Below, piece after piece: positions 36,463 to 46,966 of a stretch of DNA of 46,966 nucleotides; the first letter of the stretch is position 1; the number at the start of each line of letters is the position of its first letter. Origin of the DNA: Octopus bimaculoides (Eukaryota); assembly GCF_001194135.2 (NCBI RefSeq), contig NC_068983.1:130363608-130410573 (forward strand). The letters run 5' to 3'. The notes below the pieces were generated by a model. That model searched no databases, was not told where the DNA came from, and was given only the letters and a program-made list of their open reading frames with translations. A program made the position numbers and the translations under genes.

Positions 36463-37821
36463 TATACACAAAACAGTTTTTTTTTTAAAAAGCGTTGCAA
36501 ATAAGTATTCGTTGCTCTTTAAAAGTAACGTGAAGTAATAACGATCAGAAAAATGCAGCAAATTAACAGTTTTGAAAAGAATAAAGAATCTTTACAATTG
36601 ACTGGAGAAAACTAAAATCAAAATATAACTGCAGATACCATTAAAAAGTGGCATTTTCTCAAAACTTAAATGTTACTAAGAGGCTTTTGAAATGCATTTG
36701 TATACACGTAAAGCTGCATTGAAATTGTTTTATTTCTTTATCAAAAATGTTCTTATAAAATGTAGAGACAAAAGAACTTCCCTAATGTTAGTTACTCTTA
36801 ATATCATGGAATAAAATCCTTCGTCAACTGATTCATAACAGGCAAATAGTAGTAAATGTTACAGGTGTGTAACAAATGATCGCTGGCGGGAAAATTTGCC
36901 AAATACTACAAATCTTCCCGAGTGTATAAGCATATTTTTCTTCTTATTACCTATATCATTAAGCCATTTAGGGAGATTAAAAGGATCCGTTGAATGATAG
37001 TTATAATTGTTGTATACATAAATATTTTACGACATTGATTCTTCTCTAAATTGAATGCGTGTGAAAATTATGCTGGGATAAATTTGTTACACGATAAATA
37101 TCACGTGCAACAAACACAAATTGGCAGACGAAAGAAGAAAGAATATCTACTGTGTATGGCTATGAAATATTTCCTAAACAACATCCAGTCATCTTAAATA
37201 AAATAAAATGTTACATGGTAATATTGACTCATGTATATTCATAAATAAACGTGTTATGTGAAGCTGGAAGATATTTGAACATGCAACTCATAGTTACGCT
37301 CAAAACTGATTATGTACAATGAAAATACGTACTTTCCAAATACGCAGAATGAATACAAATTAATGTAGATGTATTATATAAGGGAAAGTCAAAACATTAT
37401 CTGCATTTCACCAAAAATTGTTTTAGTTTGGCTGCACCACGTTCAGCGCTAACGTGGTAAAAGGCGGTGCTCTTGTAGTTACGCAACCGAGGTTTGACCT
37501 TTGTCCCTCCAGTTTTCTATTTTGCATTACAGATTGAACATGGCCGTTTCTTAGCAGTATATGTACCAAGGAAGAACAGATGGCTTGAAACTGTAAAAGG
37601 CTGAAATATCCTATAATACAGCAGCAGAAAGGGAAAATACAATTTATTCCGAAAACTTACCAGAGACTAGATATAAATCGAAAAGTTTAAGTAGCAGGCT
37701 TCGTCAGGGATTTGAAACCGCAACTCCAAACTACAGAATAATAACACATTATACCTCCTCAAACACAAGCAGTTGATACCATCACAATAATTACTGGCTC
37801 TGCTAATATTTGAAACCATTA

Positions 37822-37946
37822 AAAGGCGGCGATCTGGCAGAAACGTTAGCACGACGCGCGATAAATTACCAGTTGCGTACTGGAGTTAATCTAATCGACT
37901 GGCCCTCTCTCCAAAAATTTCGGGCATTGAGCCGAGAGTAGAAAAG
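37822..37946 (+). mobile_element. Family C SINE with internal deletion and 14-bp TSD
   Basis: Head and tail match the 32533 copy but the B-box-containing middle is missing. AATATTTGAAACCA at 37805-37818 and 37947-37960. Confidence 0.85.
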
Positions 37947-40900
37947 AATATTTGAAACCACTAGAACAGATACGAGAACAAGAAACATTAGAAATAGAAA
38001 GGCAATTACAACAGCTAATTCAGCTAGTGCAATACACACTCACTCACACACATACATACACATACACCCACGCATACGCGTACACACAGACATACACACA
38101 CTCACATCCGTGTAATCCCTTCATTAATTCGGAAGTTATCTGTGACTGAAATTTTGACAGCAATGCCTTGTAAGACTGATGAACCGTTACAAGCGAAACT
38201 CAAAAATAATTGCCACTGTTAATTCGTTTTCAACAATCTATGTAGACTCTCTTCTTCCAACTCTTATATATCTCTTCTCTCTCTCTGTCATTTGTGAGCA
38301 TTTTGCTGGTGAAGATAGTCGTTTTAAGATTTATAAACATCTGAATACCCCAAAATACCAGTAATACACCCACAATGTGGAGTGTATGTGAACAGGTATA
38401 TGGTAAAATAAAATTACCATAATTGTATAATTTCAGTATTAATTGCCTAAATATTATGCGAACGAATTGTGTTTGTAATTTTATAAGACATAATGTTTAC
38501 AAAGTACCCATATGAACAGTAAATATAAATGTGTAGACTAAAACGAACAAAAGATTATACGTTGAGCAAACTTTCGTAGTTGTAATGAAATTATAAGAGT
38601 AAATAATGTCTTGCTGCAGAGAGTAGAACAAGTGGTCATTGAAGAAGTGTTATCAAGAAAGAAGATATATAATTGAGGTAGCTGTATTAGAAATTTGGCA
38701 GAGTTGCAGCAGAAGATGATATTAAGAAGAAATTATATCCTCTCGATGCAATGAATAGTCTGACGTAGCTATTTATTAGATTATATCGTATTTGTGTGGT
38801 GCAGCAGCAGATTCTCTGTCCGTTTGCTTGGGTTGCAAGACAGCTCAGCTAAATTCCTATCATATCGCTCCCAACCTTTACATATATCACCTTTCATGCA
38901 GTAGTCGTCGATATTCTTGCGTTCTTGATTCGTCTTGTTATGTAAAAATTAAATGAAATGAGAGTTATCAATTAATTGTAACTCCCGTTTGGAAAAGAAT
39001 TCACAACATGTAAAAGTATATAGCAATGTTGTAATTAAATAGTAAATGACGATGTCATTAGAAACCTTAGAAAAGAAACTGCAAGAAATCGACCAGCATG
39101 ATTTATATAACATTTCAATTATAACCGTTACTAACGTATATTAGTTGTTGTTTTACAGTGGCGTGTGTGAATATATGTATAATAACGCAGTAGGAATTAT
39201 TTGTTACAGGGTAAAAAATGAATCGCTAAGTAAAATTTTTGTCTTATGGTTACGTTCTTTTCGTCTTTTACAACATGTCAATAGTAAATAAGTTACTTCT
39301 AATAATTATAGAGTTTAATTCAAAAGACACTGTGGTAGTAAAAAATCTGTGAAGATTATAACATTTATATGGAGAAAATATTAATTTTACTCATTGTCTA
39401 TTAGTAGACGCACGAGGACTTCTTGGCCATCTTGGAATTAGAATGGAAAAAAAACTATTATATATTAGTGTAACAACTGATTGAACTTAATTCTCTTTCC
39501 CTCTCATCACATTGACATATACATGATGATATAATATCGGTACATGATAAATGTTAGAGAAACAGTATAGTGTCAATTACGAATTGTCTTCCGACTTTGA
39601 GGATAAGCTGTTTTAAATAACATCGGCGATACATTTGCAAGCGGCACATGGATGAATTCGTAAATTACTTTACTCGTGGACCATATTAAACATGCATTGG
39701 AGAAATTATCTTACATAGTCTTATTGCAGGAACACGCTACTTCGTAATTTCACAGATATATACTGTCACTATATTTTCAGCATCTAGTGTAATTGAAACA
39801 TATACGGAAATGTCAGACCTGAAAACAAGCAATATACATCAAATTAGAATTTGTCATTTCGTATAAACTCGTCATGAAATAATAATCCTTATGTAACCAT
39901 TCTGTAAACTATATGCGATTTCGATTTGGAAGGACTCTGAAGGTAATTACTTCACTATAGTGTCTCTGTTGGAAATAATCATAAAATGTATAGTCCTGAA
40001 CCATCATTGCATGATGTTTCAGGACTACATAGGTGTCTTGTACCCACTTTATATACGAAGAAGGCAATTTCCATTGAAATGAATATTTCTCTATAATTTG
40101 TTGAATTTAGTTTCAATAAGAAGTGCTTTGAGTTACGTAATATTAGCTTAGTTCAAATACGGTTTAGATATTCGTTGTTACTGCAACCAATTTTAAGACA
40201 CCGAGATTAGCATAAACTGTAGTCATCATTATCAATCTTCTGGAAACGGAAATGTCAACGTGATTAATGATGCTGCTGAACGTCACAGGAAATGTAAAGT
40301 AGTCTAAGAAGTGAAAACATGTTTCCTTGCGTCTCATGTTTTACATGAAGATTGATTAATTATATACAAGTAAATCTCCAGATATGCCACATGGCGTATA
40401 ATTCTTTGTGAATGTGGTGAAATAAAAAGTGAATCCTTAAAAAACCGATACTTACATGCAATGATCTGCATAAACATTGTTGGTATTATGTTTGTTCGGT
40501 AGGACAATAAAATCAGCTTTGCACAAATTCGCTAGTTTCGATGTTTTTTTTTTTAATTCAGATTATAAAGCACCAAAAGTGTTTATCTTAAAACAATGAG
40601 ACACTTCGTTCTCCTACATTTGTGTAGATTAATTACTACATTCAGTACATCCTGGGGATTAACTCATAAGAGCATGAGCTAATAAAACAGCTTTACGTAA
40701 TTTCTTGAACTTACTAGGGATAGCTATGAAATCTTCTTAATAGAGAACGCCATAAAAATATCTGTGACTTTAACAATGGATATAAAATAGAACATAGGAT
40801 GACCCCCAGTGGAATGCATTTCATATTTACTGAATTGTGCGCAACATAAGAAAAAGAAACAAACGAAATTTATATATCAAAAGGTAAATAAGATCTGCTT

Positions 40901-41840
40901 TCAGAAGAGTGGCAGAGCGGTAAACAGTATACTAGAACTAAAGCGTCATTTGAGGAAATACAAGTACCTTCTGAACTTGTTGTCTCGGCAACGTAGTGCA
41001 TACAATAAAATATTTGAAATGCACCTGACTACTCACAAAACATATAACACCTTAACCCAATTAGAGTGAAATAACAAGGAAAACTTTGAAAGCGACTAAA
41101 TTTATTTCATCTCACACACCATCTCATTCCAAATTGAATCAATACATTCAAATGTGTTAGCTTGACAAAATTGGGGTTCAATTGCACTCAATGTTTAAAC
41201 GACAAAGGAGCATGCGCTAAGCAATCCTCTCAAGAACCAGAACTGAGTCGAATAACAGGTATCTAGGTTATATTCATCAATAGCTAGAGTCTCCCTCAAC
41301 AGCCGAAAGGCATAATATCTACTTATTGTAAATATATGCACTGTTTCTTCCCTCGCTGCTATTTTAGAATTACTTAAGCAGATACTAATTATTGGTGCTT
41401 GCAAGTTCTGTGCCAAATCTCTTGAGACGTGTTTGACCCATTCTCTATCCCTCCTCCAAACAAAAAATATTGGGTTTACTCCTATGTGACATGCACGAAA
41501 TATTAAAATGGGATTTCACTGTCCGGGAACGTATTTATTTCAGAAGATTCTACAAAGAACTGAATGTGTAGTATTTTAGATTTAATGCGTGATGAAAGTC
41601 TTGGTCTTTCTAGGTATCACCTTAACATACACCAGAATCGAATTCTGAGGAGGATCGCGTCAATAGAAGCACTTCAATTTTTTCGACAAAACAATGCTGA
41701 AGCTCAAAACGCAAATACTGCTACTTTACATCTGTTGATATTTAGGGGAAATATTTGAATAGGCAGGTCTGCAATTGATTACAACAGGAAGTGTCAAAAT
41801 TAATGCAAATATATGACCCACTCGGAATTTATATGCATAC

Positions 41841-41842
<2 letters not shown>

Positions 41843-41883
<41 letters not shown>
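41843..41883. repeat. (TA)n microsatellite
   Basis: Direct reading. Confidence 0.97.
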
Positions 41884-41884
<1 letters not shown>

Positions 41885-43092
41885 TAGCAGGAAATCCGCA
41901 CTCTGCGCAGTTTTCTGCTAGCCCCTTGATAATATTTTCACATCTGATTCCCAATTCTAATAATTTTTTATACTTTACGTCTAATTATTCCTATGTATAA
42001 TAGTGCTCACTTACTTAATAAGTATTGCTTTCATTACTTTATCACAGTGATAATCTCTCTTTCTTAAACAAACTTCACGGTAGAAATAGTTTGTAAAGTT
42101 TTACATTCCCCTCAATGCAACAAGAAGATTTCAGTTAAGCAGCCCTTCTGTAAGCTATGCAGTGTGTCTATGAGAGAGAGAGAGACCGCTAGGAGAGAGA
42201 AGAGTGCAAACAATGAATGAAATAAACATGAAATGGAAAAATCGTATAAATAAAAGAGTATTACTACAGATTTATTCGCCCCAAATTTGTTGCCACATGA
42301 CATCCAGAAAAATAGATACTTTTAAACATAGATTTTCTACAAATGCTGCTTAGGGTTTGTGACTTCAAAGTATATAGGGATTTATGACAAAAAAATTTTC
42401 CGATGCGTAGAGAGAAAAGCTTTGGAAATTTCACACGATCTGAATTTTTTCCCTCATAATTTTCAAGAAGATAGGTATCTTTTATTGCCCTTTAAAACGG
42501 CTTAGATTAGGGTTTTAAAGAAATAGGGAAACGTTTTCAGAGATTTTCCACAAAATTATGGGTTGGAAGGAATTTTGTACGAACAAGTTTTGTAAATTCT
42601 TTATTTTTACCCCCCTCCCTCATCATCCCATTCCGGACCTATTTGAGCCAATTTTTTTGTACTTCAAAACAAAGCGAAGAACATGTTCTGTAATTTTTTT
42701 TAAATTGTTGATATTTTCAGAGGGAAATGTAAGTGATTTAAGGGCGATTCGGCTTTTGTTTCTAGCATATCCAAAGACAATCCTCCACGTTTCGTAATCA
42801 CTCTGGCATGTATCAATGTTTTTCAATATTTTTCCCTCACAAATATGCTATAAAAAAAGAAGATTTAACAAATTATGAATTCTCTGAGACCCTTATCACT
42901 GCCGATTTTGTTTGAAAATTAAAATATTGGACAGCCTGAGTAGGTCATTGCTAGCATTTATCCACAGCAAATTTTTAAAAAAGTTACTTGCATGGCAAGT
43001 GAGTTGATCTACGATAGTGTGCTGACACAAAAACAATTGCAGCGTGGATATTTGTAAGCCAATGAAGAACATAGAGAAACCGTTAATTTCAC

Positions 43093-43320
43093 GGCACTAC
43101 TTAACTAGAGATGTCCCGATGCATCTACGTAACAATATGAAGGGGAGAGTTAGTGTTAGTGTTATTTGTTTTTTAGGGCTAGTTTTAGGGTTAAGGTTAA
43201 GGTATCATTACGTGTCCACACAGCGTACATTTAAAATCTTTTGTACGTAACACCTCTATTCAAGTTGTACCGCTGTACTTTAGTAATACCGTTAAGGTAC
43301 CTCTGTATTTAAGTAGTACC
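43093..43320. mobile_element. Small element with ~25-bp imperfect TIRs and internal telomere-like repeats
   Basis: GGCACTACTTAACTAGAGATGTCC versus the reverse complement of the right end, GGTACTACTTAAATACAGAGGTACC. Internal TTAGGG/TTAAGG/TTAGTG units. No clear TSD. Confidence 0.55.
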
Positions 43321-43971
43321 AGTTTCATTTCAACATTAAAATTTTATTTGTATTACAATATTTTCTTCGGTCTGAAGCTGCGACCTGTTCACTGACAAAA
43401 TTTCGTAAAAGTAATGTAGCACGAACATTTGTCCGTGAACAACACACACACATACACGCACGTACATACATTCATTGCCTTTCATTTGTGTGTATGTGTA
43501 TCTATGTTTGTGCGCATGTGTGCAACTGTTGAAGTTGTTCGTACAATGTGTTTGTGTATATGTTAGTTTAGTGGTACATAGTGCTTGGAAACTGTGAATA
43601 AGATGCAAGTCTCGAGTACTTGTCGGTAACTTTTATTTCTCCTCGTCTTCTGATAGTAATTACCCAATTTTTAAGACTCTTTTCATAGCTATCCCGCGTT
43701 CAAAAATTATACGGCTATTTCATTCAATAAATAATAAACTACGCATAGATTAATAGAATATTAATATATTACGTATACATTAATAGAATGAACTGTAGGT
43801 TTTCCAAATAGTGAATGAAAACTTAAAAGAGAAAGCGAGAGATGTGTAAATAAGAACGTGATACTCCGCAGTAAATGCAATGAATATTTAAATTTGCAAG
43901 AAATTGGAGGTAAAACAATTCACGAAACATTATTTGCGTTTGACGGATATTTGTCCTCATCTTTTTCGTTG

Positions 43972-44019
43972 ATAACAACGTTTCGGCTGATATATCCATC
44001 AGCCTTCATCATTTGTCTT
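43972..44019 (-). ncRNA. Decayed hammerhead-like motif (same family as 29226-29273)
   Basis: Minus strand AUGAUGA-A-GGCUGAU-GGAUAU-AUCAGCC-GAAA-CG-UU: perfect 7-bp helix II, but C3 is replaced by A and helix I is disrupted. Confidence 0.45.
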
Positions 44020-44090
44020 GGGGTAATTTCAAATCTGGGTTTTCATTCCTAAGGTATTTTCCGATGTTTTTGTTGTTATTATTATTATTA

Positions 44091-44652
44091 TCATTGAGTG
44101 AGAGAGGGGTGCATGCCATCAAAATGACACTGGGGCAAAATATACGAAGCCCAGTATACCCATCATGACTACCCATCTGATAAGGGTACACCAGACACAT
44201 GTATCACAACCATGTGTTCGCGACATGGTGATCTCATATAAAGATAAACAGCACATGACCTTGCAGGTGGGGCCCAGTTAGAATTTTCTTCAGGTTGAGT
44301 AGCCCATCCCGTTCAAATGGTCCTTAAATAAGGGTTGTTTAAGGTTGTTGAAGGAAACATCCATATTTCCAGAGGTGAATTATTCAAACCCCAAAGAAAT
44401 ACTCTCAACACATGGCGATGATGCTCCCCCACTACTTCTGCTCATGATCAGAGATGCACATATCGTCAACCACCAAGGGTCATGCTCAACTGGTTAAGGT
44501 GAAATAACTGACAAGCAAATCTGTGGTATTGAACAGAATATTTGCTGTAGCCCATCTTTTATACCAAGGCAAAACAAAGTACATGATAACACTTCCAATC
44601 AATTAAGATCAGAAACCATGAGAGCCGCTGCCTGGTACTGCATCAGGGCATT
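44091..44652 (-). mobile_element. ~560-bp non-coding element homologous to the 3' UTR of the R4/Dong LINE at 26508-27035, inserted in a (TTA)n tract
   Basis: Reverse complement shares CCTGATGCAGTA, TCTGATCTTAA, ACAGCAAATATTCTG, TGCATCTCTGATCA, CTCTGGAAA and CCCACCTGCAAG with 26508-27035. (ATT)n on both sides. Confidence 0.85.
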
Positions 44653-44782
44653 TATTATTATTATTATTATTGTTATTATTGAAGTCACTGCCTGGAATCG
44701 AACATGGAATCTTGGAGTTATATAGAACTGAATTCACGAAACATTGAGAAATCGAAATACAGGAAATTTCTTNNNNNNNNNN

Positions 44783-44834
<52 letters not shown>

Positions 44835-45349
44835 TTGTATATATGTGTACACACACACACACACGTATATATACGATATTGTAAGTAATAACAAGATTCA
44901 TTGTTAATTTATATATTATACATACTTTATAAAACATAAGTTCATATTTTTCATTCCATATCTTTTCTCTGATTGTGATATATTTTCATTTCTGTTGTTG
45001 AGAATTATTCAAAATAGCAACCGCTACTCAACAGAATGTTCGATTTCATAAACAAATATACAATTTCACGCATTGTGTCGTTCGAATGCTGTGAAACGCT
45101 AACCCAATTTTCATACGATGTAGGTACAACAGCGGTTTTACAAATTAAGAACAAAAGCTTTTAGATTGTCGTGTTATTTTCTCTATGCACGTTAAATATC
45201 TAGCTGTATTACTTAACACATATAAGTATTAAAATGCGTCAATCCATACATACAGCCTAGAATGAAACAAACATCAATATGAGTGTGTACTTGTGTGTGT
45301 GTACGTGTTTACACATGTGTATATACATACATATATATTTATATTTATA

Positions 45350-45350
45350 T

Positions 45351-45415
<65 letters not shown>
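45350..45415. repeat. (TA)n/(CA)n microsatellite
   Basis: Direct reading. Confidence 0.95.
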
Positions 45416-45580
45416 CTCTTTTACTTGTTTCAGTCATTTGACAGCGGCCATGCTGGAGCACCACCTTTAGTCTAGCAAATCGACCCCAGGACTTATTCTT
45501 TGGAAGCCTAGTACTTGTTCTATCGGTCTCTTTTGCCGAACCGCTAAGTTACGGGGACGTAAACACAACAGCATCGGTTA
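45416..45580 (-). mobile_element. Family A SINE, 3' half (head lost in the gap)
   Basis: Closely similar to 27071-27240 (GCGGCCATGCTG...CAAATCGACCCCAGGACTTATTCT...AAGCCTAGTACTT). Confidence 0.92.
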
Positions 45581-46090
45581 NNNNNNNNNNNNNNNNNNNN
45601 NNNNNNNNNNNNNNNNNNNNNNNNNNNNNNNNNNNNNNNNNNNNNNNNNNNNNNNNNNNNNNNNNNNNNNNNNNNNNNNNNNNNNNNNNNNNNNNNNNNN
45701 NNNNNNNNNNNNNNNNNNNNNNNNNNNNNNNNNNNNNNNNNNNNNNNNNNNNNNNNNNNNNNNNNNNNNNNNNNNNNNNNNNNNNNNNNNNNNNNNNNNN
45801 NNNNNNNNNNNNNNNNNNNNNNNNNNNNNNNNNNNNNNNNNNNNNNNNNNNNNNNNNNNNNNNNNNNNNNNNNNNNNNNNNNNNNNNNNNNNNNNNNNNN
45901 NNNNNNNNNNNNNNNNNNNNNNNNNNNNNNNNNNNNNNNNNNNNNNNNNNNNNNNNNNNNNNNNNNNNNNNNNNNNNNNNNNNNNNNNNNNNNNNNNNNN
46001 NNNNNNNNNNNNNNNNNNNNNNNNNNNNNNNNNNNNTATTTAAAGGAAACAACTAATAATTTTTCCATTATGGGGTTTTTCACAATTCAT

Positions 46091-46135
<45 letters not shown>

Positions 46136-46779
46136 TTCTAATTATTAAATATTAACAGTTTTGTATTAGAAAACCAAGTATTTATACAAGGCTGTAAAGG
46201 AAGTTCTCAAGCTAGTTGAGACATAGGTACAAAGTTGATTGCAGAATAAAACCGCTAGGTCAACGACTCAAAAAGCCGCAACCCACCAATGACCACATAT
46301 AAGAAGTACAACATAGACCACAAAACCAAATTAGTAAAGGGAAGTCAAAAGTTTTATACTTAAAATAAAAATCGATTAAAAATACAATAGAATAATATAA
46401 TAAATAAATAAACTTCGATTATAAGTTGATTAAAAATATTAGAGACCGGTACAAATACAGTAGAATAAAAATATAAATATAGAGAAAAAATAATACATAG
46501 GGAAACGTAGCACAACAGTTCATTCGCTGAGGCCAATAGCCAATAAAAAAATGTCAAGATAAATAGTACGAAAGTTCTACTACCTCCCTCATGACAGCAA
46601 ATTTAGTAGGTAAAATCCAATTTCATAAACAGGAATACCGAAGCGCACGGCACAAAACAACAACAGAACATCCAAAGTGTGGCAAAGTAAAATCCATATT
46701 TCACCATTCCGCAGGTAACATCAGTAAAGTCAAACCATAAACATCATTTACAGTGTATTACAAGTATAGGTGGAACAAA

Positions 46780-46865
46780 AACACATATGGCCATTTCAGG
46801 TGTATATCACCGTATTTAGGGCACAATAGACCACAAATTGGTGATAACCCCTTCTTCAGGGTTAA
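46780..46865 (-). ncRNA. Hammerhead ribozyme-like motif with long helix II (different family from the other two)
   Basis: Minus strand CUGAAGA-AGGGGUUAUCACC-(28 nt)-GGUGAUAUACACCU-GAAA-UGGCCA-UA. Both core boxes are intact, helix II has 12 pairs, and helix III is the palindrome AUGGCCAU with an AUA triplet. Helix I is poorly paired. Confidence 0.55.
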
Positions 46866-46966
46866 AAAAGACACACAGACAACAACGATGTCACTAGTCA
46901 AGAAAATTATAATTTGAGAGCAAGCTTAAATAAATAATAATATGGACTAGACAAAAAAAAAAAAAA

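Larger units (their letters stand above)
43929..44730 (-). mobile_element. Second copy of the Penelope tail module (no ORF), split by an insertion at 44091-44652
   Basis: 43929-44090 aligns with 29179-29335 (TGACGGATAT.TGTCCTCATCTTTTTCGTT, AACGTTTCGGCTGATATA, TTCC.AAGGTATTTT). 44653-44730 aligns with 29350-29400 (GTCACTGCCTGGAATCGAA). Confidence 0.85.

Overview
Strongly AT-rich, microsatellite-laden animal genomic DNA with six N gaps. The SINE families and repeat landscape look like a coleoid cephalopod (Octopus-like); this is pattern recognition, not a database result. No complete protein-coding gene, rRNA, true tRNA gene or CRISPR array is supported. Every ORF with recognisable homology is a decayed transposable element: a Tc1/mariner transposase (19.0-19.6 kb), a CR1/L2-type LINE 3' end, an RTE LINE 3' end, two tandem R4/Dong-type RLE LINE pieces, and a Penelope-like element (RT plus GIY-YIG). 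There are also three tRNA-derived SINE families and two inverted-repeat (MITE/foldback) elements. The most interesting non-coding signals are: three hammerhead-ribozyme-like motifs (29.2, 44.0, 46.8 kb), two of them in a tRNA-like head + (AAT)n + hammerhead module at a Penelope 3' end; a near-perfect 68-nt pre-miRNA-sized hairpin (36.4 kb); a ~550-bp foldback; a SINE/LINE shared 3' tail; and two isolated exon candidates (2951-2975 +, 15186-15229 -) with a CpG-richer promoter-like island at 16.5-17.0 kb. The window is most likely intronic or intergenic. The long ORFs in the supplied track that run through Ns or dinucleotide repeats are artefacts.
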